Below, piece after piece: positions 11,300 to 23,812 of a stretch of 64,000 nucleotides of DNA. The notes under the pieces were generated by a model. The model worked only from the letters and a program-made list of their open reading frames with translations. It had not been told where the DNA came from and did not search any database. Positions within the stretch are counted from its first letter, which is position 1, and each line of letters starts with the position of its first letter. A program made the translations under genes and the position numbers. The stretch lies in NCBI GenBank assembly GCA_002269645.1, contig NIVC01002061.1, positions 1 to 64,000 on the forward strand. The letters are read 5' to 3'. This DNA is from Macrostomum lignano. Its lineage: Eukaryota.

Positions 11300-12042
11300 T
11301 GTATAACTTTTGTTGACACATTTTTAGACATATCTTCCAACAGTTTTACAATACTTAAAATGTTGCAAAAAGTATCGGAAAAGTATCGGAAAGTGTCATA
11401 ACAGTTAACTTTTGCCAACACATTTTTATATATATCTTTCAACACTTTTATGACACATAAAATGTCGCAGTGTTGGAAAGTGTTGTAACTATTAGTGGGT
11501 AGTGTTAAGGTTATACATCAATCTAAATATACTAAATCTCTATCTATATATTGTATATGTACAACTATATGACACAATGGGATTGAAAGTTTCATAACAA
11601 TTAAAGTTGTGATTATATTTTGCTAGACCTTTTTGATCTTTTGCTATATATACAGATAGTATAGTCTTTTTTATATGTATGAATCTTAAAAGATCCCTTT
11701 ATCATAGGAGCAAGGACTGTTTCCCAAATCAAAAACTTAATACCTTAACAAACATATATATACAAGCTTACATGAATAGTACATGAACATGACCTAGCTC
11801 TATGCAAAATTTTAAGTGTCTGAAAATGTGTTGGCAAGAGTTAATTGCTACGACACTTTTCCAAGACTTTTTGCAACATTTAAGTATTGTAAAAAGTGAT
11901 AGATATGTCTGAAAATGTATTAGCAAAAGTTAATTATTACAACACTTTTTCCAACATTTTTTCAACACTTTATGCAACATTTTAAGTGTTGTGAAAAGTG
12001 TCAGAAGATGTATCTGAAAATATGTTGGCAAAAGTTATATAG
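11300..12042. mobile_element. Decayed foldback element with long, internally repetitive inverted arms
   Basis: Left tataacttttgttgacacattttt...; right ...aaaatatgttggcaaaagttata; arm subunits are repeated 2-3 times. Confidence 0.6.
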
Positions 12043-13975
12043 GTACTTGGTAATGCAAATAACTTTAGCCAATTGGTTTTATCAACATTAAACCAATGTT
12101 AAAATGTACATAGCCAATGTACATAACAAACTAAGCAAATAGCATGATTCCGCATGATGACTCACTGACCCCTCACCCCTTGCTCATCCACCCTATTCTG
12201 CTTGTCATTCAGTGTACGGCGCATGACCAAGATGGCTGCAGCTCGAAATGTATAAATAGATAAAATTAATAATAAGCCTATATATATATGCACTCATTTC
12301 TTGTTGGTATTATTTGTATTTGATATACTATATCATACTATAGATCTTTAAGTCTTGAGGGGATAGATGCTATAATAGAATTATTTTAAATTAAGAACAT
12401 TTCTTTTAGCTTTAACTTTTATTATAGCCTAACCTATATTTATCTACTAAATAAAGCAAGTAACCTAGCAAAGTATAGCAAAGTAACCTAACAAAATAAA
12501 TACCTTGTTGCATATAGGCCCCTTTATATCTTATTTTGTATAGGCCTAGCAATACTACTAGGCCTAGCAATGGTTTCTTGATAAACTAATAATGAGATTT
12601 GATAGATGCAATAAATTGGCACAAACACAGAAAAAGATTAAAGTTTTGTATTATAGGTAATTAGTTTTAAATCTATTATTGTAGCCTGCATGAGCCCCCC
12701 ATCAGTATTTATAAATAGGCCTATTAATATTAATATAATTGATTAAACATATTAGTTAATTTTACAATACCTATTAAGTTGCTAATTAATGGTACAAAAA
12801 GAAAGAGTAGATATAATAGAGATTCAATGCTGTGGCCATGTACATTTTATACATGTGGCCATCTTAGTCTTATACCCAGTGTGCAGCCACCCCATTTCCG
12901 CTGTGTATATTTTAATGTCAGTTTAACATTAGTAAAACCAATTGACCAAAGTTAGGGGGCCTATATACATTGCTTGGTATGCATCTATAGACTTTGAGAA
13001 TTCATTCCAGTAATGGCAGCAAAATTTATTAGGTCTAGGCCCTATTGAAAGTAAATATAGCCTTATAGGCTCTCTCATGAATAATATAGCTAATGATATT
13101 GAAAATATTATCATAGCCATACATAGGCTTAATTTTCTCTCTAGGTAGCAGTTTGGTCTAATTTTTGAATTGAAGGTTTTATTGTTGTACTAGATATATA
13201 ATAGTTCATAGGCCTAGGCCTAGTGCTTTTCAGCTGCCAGTTAGTAGAATCCACACTTCATTTTGCAATTTACCATTCCGCTGGAGATTCCACATTTTTT
13301 GTGCTATTCTATTCTGATTCTAATGCTGTTTCTGCATTTCACTGGGCTGGGCCTAGGTGCCACTTAATTTTAGCTTAGGCTAATAGTCTAATACTATACT
13401 TATACTCACAAAAATATATTGTTATTCAATTTATTTTGTACATGTAGGAATTTAGTCATGTACATGTATAATTGTTGGCTTTGTCCCCCCTACCATAAAA
13501 TCCATGGCGACGCGCCTGGGAGTAAGACTCTTAATATTAGACTAGATATTGAAAACAATATAAGTTGAATTTTAAATTAATTAGGCCCAATAGATATTGC
13601 AACAGAAAGACACAGTGAAGTAGACAAGACAATCACGACACCGACTGCATACACCAGACTTGTACACCGTCACCCTGGTCCCTGATACATATTCAACCGC
13701 GACTAGTCGCATCACAAATCTGACTGAGCGATACAAGCTAAGCTATAGGATACGAGCAGCTCGGTATATATAGATCTAGATTTGCCAGGAAAAATAAAGT
13801 CAAATTTTTGAATTAATCCAAACAAATGATTACAAGGTTTACATTTTCGTGCCATTTTCTTACAAAATAAAGGTTGAGTCTAGAAAATAATTTTACACAA
13901 ATTTCTTATTTTTAAATTTTTTTTCGAATAATCGTTTTTTCACTTTTGACTTGGCATTTGACTTTGGCGTTTTTT

Positions 13976-14368
13976 TCACTTTTGACTTTGCAATAAGTTT
14001 TGACGGTGGTGTTGGTGTTTAAGCTGGTGTTGATCATGGAGTGAATCAGCGATGGAAGCCAGTTTCGCTGGCATCTGTCGATCCTGAAAGCAGGTCAAAT
14101 ATGGCGCTGCAGTTCGAGCGGCAGACAGCGAATCATGCAGAGTCGCCTTTACCATTTCCGGAACACGGACGGTTTTGTCGCTGCCAAGGTCCGAGCTGTT
14201 CAGATTTAAATAAGCTGGCTGAAATGTGTCTTCTGATGTAATGCCACGCAACTTCTGATGTAATGTCCAGCATTCGAAACGATCGAGGCTTCTGGATTGT
14301 TCCTGTAAAATGATGGGACTTTGAGCAGCAAGGGGTGAATTCCTCGTTCGGGGTAGACTGTTCGACAT
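13976..14368 (-). CDS. Possible 130-aa orphan ORF or exon
   Basis: Only ORF length and a local GC/CpG rise against AT-rich flanks; no recognisable motif. Confidence 0.25.
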   Translation of the reverse strand: MSNSLPRTRNSPLAAQSPIILQEQSRSLDRFECWTLHQKLRGITSEDTFQPAYLNLNSSDLGSDKTVRVPEMVKATLHDSLSAARTAAPYLTCFQDRQMPAKLASIADSLHDQHQLKHQHHRQNLLQSQK

Positions 14369-14840
14369 GTGCCGAGGCAGGTGTGGCTCAAGGACTACTC
14401 AAGTAACATATATAGGACGCAACAGTCGAAATCTATGGTAAATGTTTTGAAGGCAACTTTTCGCCGAAAAATACACTACAGAAATCGAAATTGGAGGTTT
14501 TAATTTTTTCAGCACAAAAATTGTTATTGCTTTTGATTGGAGGCAGATCCAGTGTTCATCTTTTGATATGTTGTGCCTTTCTTATTTCTCTATTGATATT
14601 CATAAAGCTTTTCGTTCAGAAATAGTTTTAAATGCAGTTTTCACCGGAAAATACACTACGGAGATAGGAAATTTCACGATTTTCAACACTAAAACAGTGA
14701 TTGGGTCTCTTACAGTGTCAGAGAAAGTTCTAATCGCACTATTTTGTGCCTCATATTCTGCTCTAACGACGCATTAATCGATTTTTCATGTTAAATTGGT
14801 AGCTGTCACTTGAAAAAAACGTTTAAAAAATGATAAGAAA

Positions 14841-15198
14841 GGCATCGTCACAGCTCCAGGAAAAAATCCGCAGCGAGGAATGTCCATTCTGCCTCTCGGC
14901 AAATGTGTCGAGAATGCGAAGCACTTCATCTGTGACTGCCCCGCCTTTACTCAGATCAGGCGCACCTACCTCGGCCCAAACCCGGACCTCTCCGACGTTT
15001 TCAGGCCCGAGAACCTCTGCCAGCTCGTCCGCTACCTAAGGGCTACCGGTCGAGCGTCCATATCCACCTCCTCTGAACTCTCCAGAGGAGGACCGCGCTG
15101 CGGACACCGGCACCGCGGTCACCAGGAGTTAGCGGAATAGGCGGTGATGTCTCTGGGATGCTCGGAGCCCCCTGCAGCTAAGTCAAGAAAGTCAAAGT
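14841..15198 (+). mobile_element. 3' fragment of an R1/LOA/I-like non-LTR retrotransposon (C-terminal zinc knuckle), frameshifted
   Basis: Two frames join to ECPFC...ENAKHFICDCPAFTQIRRTYLG...LVRYLRATGR, the CxxC...H...C tail of R1/I-group ORF2. Confidence 0.7.
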
Positions 15199-15986
15199 GG
15201 GTGTCGGAGGCTGAGTGAGGGTGCCGGATGCTGATGTGGGTGCTGGAGGCTGGGTCTGTCTCCTCTATTCCAATAGTGAGTTCCGAATCTGGTCAATTTA
15301 AAGTTTCCTGTGCATATTTTTGGAAGGTAATGGGAATTAATTTTCATTTTTATTCTCAAATTTCACAATCTTAAAAGAAACAGGTACGCTTTTAAATGAA
15401 AATGCATGCAACCAGCATACAGTTGGATTTACCATTGAAGCAGTTTTTCATGCTTTGAGATTCGTAGGCAAATATTCTAAGAGGAATAATTAAGGGGAAA
15501 ATAAAACAATAAAAAGATGGCCGGGTAACCAAGCTGTAAAACAAATGACCAAAGTGGATGCTTGGTTGATTCCATGAGCTGAATAAACTGTAGGTGAAAA
15601 ATTTCATAAAAGTTCTTTTGCAATGCGTACTGATGGTTACTTGAAATAACTGACAATGCAAATGAAGGCCTTCATCATCACCACGGTCCATTGTATATTG
15701 TAATACTTTAAGTATCTGCCGTGCATGCATCCTGGGACTGGCCGGGGGTTGCATACTGATTGACTTGCAATTCATTCTGAAGGTGCTTTCGTGTGTTTAC
15801 TTCCATGTTCATCAGCTTGTTAACAAAGGTGTGCTTTGTATAAAATATGTAACAAATAGGTTATTGTGAAATTGCTTTAGGTCTTCAAAAGGCAAGCTGC
15901 CCTTCTTCAATCTGTCAATCATAAAGGCCTTCTTGTCAGTAGATTCGCAATCAGACGCTGCAGACTCTATTCGACCTGAAAGGACA

Positions 15987-16784
15987 TCAGCGCGAAAACT
16001 TCTGCCAGTTGGCGTCGGTCTCGATGGAAGCCTCGACGGCGGCGTCTCCGTGCAGAATCTGGCGGCAGGCGAGGCTGGCCCTGTTGAACAGGACGGACTT
16101 GCACACTGGATTGGCAGTGCACAGGGACATGCAGTGAAGACGGCTCCTGACAGTCAGCTCCTCACCACGGCAGTAGAACGGAGCGGTCTCGGGAGGCTGC
16201 TGGGTGGGAAGGCCGATCTTAAAAAAGACGCTGACAGGCTTGCTGTAGGCCTGCGGTCCGGGCTCGCAGATGAAGCCGTAGCGGTTACTGCAGACAGCGT
16301 CAGTCAGTGTCAGTGGGGCCTTACCGTTGTCGCACAAAAGCTGCAGACAGTCATCAGCCGCATCGATGCTGTCAGGCCTGTCTGTGAACCACATGGCGCC
16401 GCTGATCGGCAGTTCTCCGTCGTCAGTGCTCAACCAGCCGCTTCGAGATTTGCCAGATTCCTTCAGCATATCGGTGAATCCTAGCAAGTACCGTTCTGTG
16501 CTTCCTCGAGGACGCAGCACCGGCTGTAGCGCAGTGAGCGTGCTCCCTGTGCTCAGCAGGCGGCCGCCGATGGAATTACAAAATGCCTGAGCCTCGCACC
16601 AGTTGAGCCGTTCACCACCAGACTGATGCGGTCTAACGAACAGGCAGAGTCCATTTTGCATGGTGAAGTTTTTTGGACAGCTGCCGACAGCAACTCCAGC
16701 GATGCAAAGTTGAAAGAGCATCAGGTGCAGCAGAATGTGAGCACGGTACCTACGCAGCGATGGGACCGTTACTTGTCCGAGCAT
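15987..16784 (-). CDS. Secreted C-type lectin domain + PAN/Apple domain protein (paralogue A), intronless
   Basis: Hydrophobic leader (LLHLMLFQLCIAGVAVG); CTLD CP..F.....C...NWCEAQAFC..IGGRL...C...DAVCSNRYGFICE; C-terminal PAN pattern C-x3-C-x5-C-x-S-x2-F-x6-C. The start ATG could be 16784 or 16721. Confidence 0.88.
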   Translation of the reverse strand: MLGQVTVPSLRRYRAHILLHLMLFQLCIAGVAVGSCPKNFTMQNGLCLFVRPHQSGGERLNWCEAQAFCNSIGGRLLSTGSTLTALQPVLRPRGSTERYLLGFTDMLKESGKSRSGWLSTDDGELPISGAMWFTDRPDSIDAADDCLQLLCDNGKAPLTLTDAVCSNRYGFICEPGPQAYSKPVSVFFKIGLPTQQPPETAPFYCRGEELTVRSRLHCMSLCTANPVCKSVLFNRASLACRQILHGDAAVEASIETDANWQKFSR

Positions 16785-17319
16785 GATGTAAATCGAGAAT
16801 TTAATTCTATAGAAAGAAGTAAGCAAGCAGCTGATGACTTCCTTCTGGTATAAAAGGACAGATTTTTCGAACATTTGTTTGATAAATGGCAATCCCCCGA
16901 TGCAGTTTCGTGATTTGCTGAGCATTTTTAGCGTGAAAAATATATCGTGAAGGACGGAGGCTTTAAGAAGAAGGGACTACAACCATCCAATTGGCTCACT
17001 GTTTCTTTGAAATTATTGCTAGCATTAGCTAAAGGCAGTTGTCATCAATATTTACATGTGAATTACTGTATCCGTGTTTTACCGATGTGTCAGATCCGGG
17101 GCTTTGTTGGACGAAATCGAAAATATTTAGAACAGAAGTCAGCAAAGTTTTTTTTACCGTCAAGGGCCAGATTAAGAATCTAGCTCATGGCTGCGGGCCA
17201 GATGAGAGTGGAAAGGAGAGGGAATGCAGTACTAGAACTAAGAGAAGACGAGAGAGGCAAGAGATGGAATGATAGAAAAGATAGAAGATAAGAGGAGAAG
17301 CAGGGAGAGCGAAAGAAGA

Positions 17320-17586
17320 GCTAGGAGATAGGAGAGAAAAGGGGGGAGAGAGGAGAGGAGCGAGAAGAGGAGAAGGAGAAGAGGGGAGAGAAAAGAGAGG
17401 AGCGAGAAGAGGAGAGAGAGAAGAGGGGAGAGAGAAGAGGGGAGAGAGAAGAGGGGAGAGAGAAGAGGGGAGAGAGAAGAGGGGAGAGAGAAGAGGGGAG
17501 AGAGAAGAGGGGAGAGAGAAGAGGGGAGAGAGAAGAGGGGAGAGAGAAGAGGGGAGAGAGAAGAGGGGAGAGAGAAGAGGGGAGAG
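17320..17586. repeat. 14-bp polypurine tandem repeat (agaagaggggagag)
   Basis: Direct reading. Confidence 0.93.
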
Positions 17587-18862
17587 CACCCGTTACTCTT
17601 GACCACACTAACCTAACGCGCTCGTTCTTCTTGACTTCAGTTTTTATTCTGCTTAAATTATTGTAATTTGGCTCCTTTTTACTGAAAGCGTGTCAAGGTT
17701 TCGGCTACTGGAGAAAGATGTGCAAGAACTGTCTGATAAGCGAATAAGCGGATATAGAAAAGCCAGAGTGGATGAAGCAGTATTGGTTTGTTATTGGCTT
17801 TGAAACGCTTTCTCTGCCTCCCCATGCATGCAGGGATGTATAGCTATGACGCTTCTTACCATGTGGCCAATTGAAAAGAATTTGTAAGACTTTTATAACT
17901 TAAAAGTTTTTTTGCTGAACTCTATACAATTAAAGCTTTGTGAAACACTCAATTCCTAGTAGCTTTCAGCATTCAGCTGGCCAAGTGGCCATGCAGTTGG
18001 TAGAATAAAGTGAATTCCTACTGTATCCCATCTACATGTACTTACATTGTAAATGGCTACTATAAGTATAAGATATTCTATGGGTTTGAGGTCGGTATGT
18101 GATTAAATCCCGAGAGCCGAAGCCGATAAAAAATCTAGGTAGTAATTTCTCATTGCGCATTTCAAAATTCCTATGACCCACCTGCTGGCTATCTACTGAC
18201 AGTACTATATGTGGCTTCTGATTTGCAATACAAGTACATTGCCAAGACTGCAAAATATGAAATTTAGAATTGCTTGCTGGGTTAGAGATGGGTTTGTAAA
18301 AGGAGATATTTTGCCACTGAAGATAATTGAAATCCAATTAATTAATGATGAATACAAAGCAAAATCTCAAACTACTCGACTGTGGCAGGCATTTAGGAAT
18401 TGCGGTAATTAGTCATCAATTTTAGAGAACGATTGCTTTGGACAAATTAATTTAATTGTTATTTAAAGCCAGGTGAAAATTCTGTTGTTTGGGGGTCCTC
18501 CGAAATGTCAATCATTGAAGAAGCTCTTTTATCAAATCCTTGAGATTGAACAGCAATTCAATTAAACTGGCGCCGCAGCCTTTGGGGGGATCGACGGACA
18601 TTTCGTTTCTGAAATAAAAATAAAGTTTCAGCAAAAGCATTTGACAATTTTTTTCAATAGCGATAGCAGAAAAGACAATGGAAAATCAGAGTCTCAATTA
18701 AGAAGAATTGAATCTTTCATTTAATTTTCAATTTAGGCGATTGATTGCATAAGCTTTATTGGAAAAGCAGAAGCCACGCAACTAATTAAAGTTCAAGCCA
18801 AATGTTTTTTCAGTTTCCCAAGGCTAATTCGGCGGCTGCATATGGCGGCTCGCTTCAACCGA

Positions 18863-19651
18863 TCAACGCGAAAACTTCTGCCAGTTGGCGTCGGTCTCGA
18901 TGGAAGCCTCGACGGCGGCGTCTCCGTGCAGAATCTGGCGGCAGGCGAGGCTGACTTTGTTGAACAGGACGGACTTGCACACCGGGTTGACGGCGCACAG
19001 GGACATGCAGAGAAGACGGTTTCCGACAGTCAGCTCCTCGCCACGGCAGTAGAACGGAGCGGTCTCGGGAGGCTGCTGAGTGGGAAGGCCGATCTTAACA
19101 AAGACGCTGACAGGCTTGCTGTAGGCCTGCGGTCCGGGCTCGCAGATGAAGCCGTAGCGGTTACTGCAGACAGCGTCCAGCACTGTTAACGGTGAATTTC
19201 CAAAGTCGCTGTACAGTTGAAGGCAGTCATCAGATTGTTTAGAGCCATCTGGTCTGTTCGGGTACCAAATCGAGTCGATGAGGCTATTGACCGGAAGTTC
19301 TCCATCATCAGTGCTAAGCCAGCCTCTGCGACTTCTATTGGCTTCCTTGAGCATGTCGGTGAATCCCAGGAAGTAACGTTCCGTGTTTGAAGCTGACGGA
19401 AGCAGAGGCTGCAACGCGACAAGGGTGCTCACTGTGCTCAGCAGGCGGCCGCCGATCGAATTACAAAAGTTCTGAGCTTCGCACCAGTTGAAATTAACTC
19501 CCCCGGTCCCCAGTTGCAACGGTCTCACATGGAGACAGAACCCGTTCTGGAGGGTAAAGTTGTCTGGACAACCCCCAGAAGCGGGGCCCAAACAGCTCAG
19601 CAAACAGACCGCGAGAAAATACCGACAAAAAGGCACTGTTGTTCTCGCCAT
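18863..19651 (-). CDS. Secreted C-type lectin domain + PAN/Apple domain protein (paralogue B), 262 aa, intronless
   Basis: Signal peptide MARTTVPFCRYFLAVCLLSCLGPASG; same cysteine framework as paralogue A; near-identical C-terminal half. Confidence 0.92.
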   Translation of the reverse strand: MARTTVPFCRYFLAVCLLSCLGPASGGCPDNFTLQNGFCLHVRPLQLGTGGVNFNWCEAQNFCNSIGGRLLSTVSTLVALQPLLPSASNTERYFLGFTDMLKEANRSRRGWLSTDDGELPVNSLIDSIWYPNRPDGSKQSDDCLQLYSDFGNSPLTVLDAVCSNRYGFICEPGPQAYSKPVSVFVKIGLPTQQPPETAPFYCRGEELTVGNRLLCMSLCAVNPVCKSVLFNKVSLACRQILHGDAAVEASIETDANWQKFSR

Positions 19652-20319
19652 GAATCTGCTTGAAATGATGATCTCGATCCGTTCCCTGTCGCTGTCAGGC
19701 TAGGGTTGTTGTTCGCGCTGTTAGCAACGTCTTTTATAAGGTTTTCTAAGCAATGAAATATAGGAAACTCTCAGTCTCATTATTGTACAGCAAATCTGTT
19801 GTTCTAAATAACTATGGTTGCTATAGGTCGTAGGCTGGGGAAGTCGTTTCTCCAACCCGGCCACGATGGTCAGGTATCTTTGGTTGGTTTGTTCGGTGCT
19901 GGGGTGGGCCCTGCCGTTTCTGATCTCCCCCAGGTCTCGCCGCGATGTACATGTATCTTTACTTAGCAGAGGTGGCTAGGGGTACAACACTACTACTAAG
20001 TAGTATGGTACGTACGTATCGATTAAGCAGCTGCTCCTGCGATCAGCCTTAACGATTAGCTGATAGAAAGAAATGTCTTCTGGTGCATCTGTCTAACTGC
20101 TGCAGAGCTGCCGGTCACTCTCTCGTATTTTCTAAACTTTTTTATTGAATATCAATCGAATTTCTCCCGTCACTCGCGCGTTCTCATAGAAAATTTAGAC
20201 TTACGAGTATCTGGCTAAAGCTTTCGTTTTACGAGCTAATCTCCAGTCTTTCTTATTTGGATTTTTAATCCCTGATCCTTCGGTCCCCTAGAACCGCCAT
20301 TGACGTGATGGTTCGCCAT

Positions 20320-20395
20320 CTTCTGATCCTTCTGCAGGTCTTCATCTCGAAAGCTCTTAGTTGTTCTTCATCTTTCTCCTCGATTGTCCAGCCTT
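20320..20395 (-). mobile_element. Short relic of an RTE-clade LINE ORF
   Basis: Translates WTIEEKDEEQLRAFEMKTCRRI, resembling the RTE post-RT motif (WT..K.DE..L.AFEM.C.RRI). Confidence 0.5.
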
Positions 20396-21093
20396 GCGAA
20401 TTATTTCTGTAAATAAACACTCAAATCGTTCTGGCTCACAGTTTCATATAGCATGACAAAAGCAGTACCAAAATTTTCAGCTTCAAAACAGTTTTTTATT
20501 CGAATTAATAACTGAAAAGCAGTATTAACTATTAAATTGGTTTCAAATAGGCGAATTGAGTAAAACAAATCGAAGAGCTATAAAATATGCTGTTGCATAT
20601 ACTGCATGTTTAGGTTAATACATATTATAATATAATACGAGTATTACACAATCAGGCCAATTTTTCTGAGATTCAAATGACAGCACATGCCTAACAGTTA
20701 ATGCACACTAAAACACCTGGCAAAACGCGGGTAGAACAAACAGATTTTTGTTCTATTTAAAAAGTTGATCATTGCAACAACGAGAAATTAAAAAAAATAG
20801 GTAACTAGAAAAAAATTACAATAAAATATCTGGGGTAGCATAGTACCTCCACTCAGCGCAACTCGATTACTAAAAGTACATTTTTATGGTAACAAAATAC
20901 GAACTTGACTGGATTAATACACGCATTATTAGCATATTGCAAAAATTTTATAATTAGAATTATTCAATCGCCTAAAAAATTGTAAATAAAATATCTTGAC
21001 TTCATGAACAGCAAAAAACCGCTAATAAAGTTTGTCAATGAAAAATTAATATTCTGAGCTCCATCTTTAAGGTGCTACTGACGGGACCCATTG

Positions 21094-21699
21094 TCAGGCC
21101 TTGCTTGCACCGACAACAGAATCGTAGGAGGGCGGTTGAGCGGACGGCTCCGTGTGGTCGCTGCTGCTGGGCTCGAGAGGCGCGTCAACTGGGTATGGGG
21201 GAGATGACTCGCTAGATGCAGTCGGCGGCTGCTGCAGCAGCTCCTGACGTTCGCGCTGACGCTGACGCAGCTGCTCCTCCTGTTGCTGTTGCAGCTGGCG
21301 CTGCCGCAGTAGCATAGCCATCTGCTCCTGTCGTTGCCGCTCCAACACCTGCCGCTCCCGCTGCTCCCGTTTCTTTGATTGGCCGCAATAGTGACAGATT
21401 AGAACCATGATGATCAGAACGCCACCGCCCAGACAGAGCAGGGCTATAAGAGTTGTCTGCTTGCTATTTAAGGGTGAGCTATAGTAACCGGAACTATAAG
21501 ATGAATATGAGTAGGATGAGTAGCGATATCTGTAGTACCTGTAGGAACTGTAGGACCGGTAAGAGCTGTAGGAAGAGTATCTACCGCCGAAGCGACCACC
21601 TCTGGCTGCAGTATCTGTGAGTTGGGTGTGTAATTGACAACTTGAAAGGTTGAGATACATCAAATACTGTAGGCCTAGTTTGCAGAGGTTTTGAAGCAT
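21094..21699 (-). CDS. Single-pass membrane protein: putative signal, RGG + Tyr/Ser/Arg-rich ectodomain, TM helix, Gln/Arg coiled coil, PY motifs
   Basis: TM segment LIALLCLGGGVLIIMVLICHYC followed by basic KKR; SPPY and PPSY in the tail; GC-rich 3' half. Start codon uncertain (21699 chosen). Confidence 0.75.
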   Translation of the reverse strand: MLQNLCKLGLQYLMYLNLSSCQLHTQLTDTAARGGRFGGRYSSYSSYRSYSSYRYYRYRYSSYSYSSYSSGYYSSPLNSKQTTLIALLCLGGGVLIIMVLICHYCGQSKKREQRERQVLERQRQEQMAMLLRQRQLQQQQEEQLRQRQRERQELLQQPPTASSESSPPYPVDAPLEPSSSDHTEPSAQPPSYDSVVGASKA

Positions 21700-23559
21700 C
21701 TTATGCACACTAGAATTTTCTGGCTTGAGGATGTGCAGCCTACCTAACTGACAAACTGTGAGGTTTTCAAAAAATACAGCCAAGTATAACAAATACTATC
21801 CAATAGAAAAAAACATTGCACAAGCACTAATAACACCTGATTTTTAAGGTAATTTTTGTGCTATATATTTCGTGTAAAGTCGAAGTCTTCAAGAATAAAT
21901 TTTTTTAATCTGTTTATAGCATATAGCCTTTATATACTTTTCTAATCTTGTAAGTTTCGCTTTCACTTTTATGTTAAGATGAATGAAGCCAATGAGGAAG
22001 CTGCCCAGCATTTGCCACTATCAAAGATAGCTAGATTGCAAAGAGAGGCTTCTTGGAAACCAACTGATGAGCTCTTGGTAAGAATAGGAGATTTTGTTAT
22101 TTGTTTTATATATGAATTTTACTATGCCTATTTTCTTTGAACTTGTTATGCCTATTTTTGTGAACATTGAAATTTTATGACTTTTTCTTATTGTGTGTTG
22201 CTCACCTGTGCACTGCATTTCGTTCTTTAGCACCCAAAAGCACCTGTATTGACTATCTGATTTAGCATTTGTACTAAATATGTTTTATGTTTTCTCTAAT
22301 AGCATTTGTAATACTTGAATATGTTTTATTTTCTTTAATATGATAACTTCCAATTTATATGCTGAATGTATTAGGCCTACTATGTCTGTTGCGTATTCAT
22401 AAATTTTTCACTGTAGCACTGCTTTCATTCAAAATTCATGATAAGAGGAGGAAAGCTGTAGAAGCGGTTATCACTTTCTAGGAACTTTATTTCTAAAAAC
22501 ACACGAAAAATTATCTTTTTTGTTTTAATTTGTGAAATATTCTCAAATATTCTATGTTTGTTATAAACATACACAATCGAGGCAGTATAAATAAGAGCGA
22601 AGTTGGAGGTAGGAAGACCAACTTGTGCACTTGTGTAATACTTGTGTTCACTTGTTTGATAGAATATAAACAAACTCAGTTCTCAGATTGTTGTTCATTT
22701 CTAAGAGTATTGTGAAGAAGGTTGAAAGTTACACCTGGGATTCATGCAAAGAGTAGTACTAAGAGTAATCGCTGTGACCCTCTAATCTTGGTAATGCCCA
22801 GACTGGAGAGAGAAAGTACATATACTAGTAAGACTGCTCAGGCCATATACTAAGAATGCTACCAGACCACCTACTAAGAACGCTACCAGAACACTACAAG
22901 AATGCTACCCAGAAAAATATGAAATTCTAAGAAACAGTTAAAACATTAAGGCAAGATTAAGTGTCAACAGTAGAAATTTAATAGCCAGAAAGTAAGCCCT
23001 ACAACAACTTTGGTGGTTTAACAGTGGGCTTTTGTATTGTACAGGAGAACCCCTAGCACAACTTTGGTGTCAGCGGTTGAGATTTCTAGAGAGAGCTCAA
23101 AGGCCTGTTACAAAAGCTTTAAAATAATGGATTAAAAAATTAATAAATTAATAATATCTTGGTTAACTTTTTTCTCCTAATTTTATTCCAGACTACAAGT
23201 CTCATCTGTGCTATTGTCAATTGTAAACCCAAAGAAAGCCAAACAGGTGATTTTCACAATTTCTTTAACTTTTTTTATTCCAATATAGATAATAAAGCTA
23301 ACAAAATTGCAAGCTTGATTTTTAAAAAATGGCTCTTTTCTCCACAGCCCACAGGTTTACCTGGCAAAGTAAAAAGGACCAACAATGGATCATGGCTTCA
23401 ACTAGTCTGGCAGTTTGCAGAGCACTACCAAAAATAGTTCTAAAGTCATCAACATCACAATGATTGACTTCCTATTCTTTGGAGGACAAGCTTGAGTGCA
23501 TTGAAGAACTTTATCTTTTATAAATGCCCTCTAAATTGTATATTCTTAATGCTCTTTTG

Positions 23560-23812
23560 TATACATATGCAACCCCACTGATTTACACTGGCCATGCGAC
23601 TTACCTGTAAAAGACACCCTAAAGCAAAATTAATGCAATTTTGGATGAACAGCGGGAATAACTATGACTGTCTTATAAGGGCTAAATGCCTCGTCATCTA
23701 ATTAGTACTACATCTGTATTCTTTGGGGTGGGCATTTTTGTAACTTACCCCTGGTCCACCACAATTTATGGTGGCCAGATTGGCCAGGTCGGCTAGCAGT
23801 TGCATATGTATG
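23560..23812. mobile_element. MITE family 2, intermediate-age copy, 8-bp TSD CTCTTTTG
   Basis: TIRs tatacatatgcaac / gttgcatatgtatg; TSD at 23552-23559 and 23813-23820; interior aligns to the reverse complement of 10169-10464. Confidence 0.85.

Noticed and set aside
16785-16925. N-terminal 47-aa extension of lectin A in the ORF track
   Set aside because: AT-rich, not homologous to paralogue B, and would bury the signal peptide; more likely 5' UTR.
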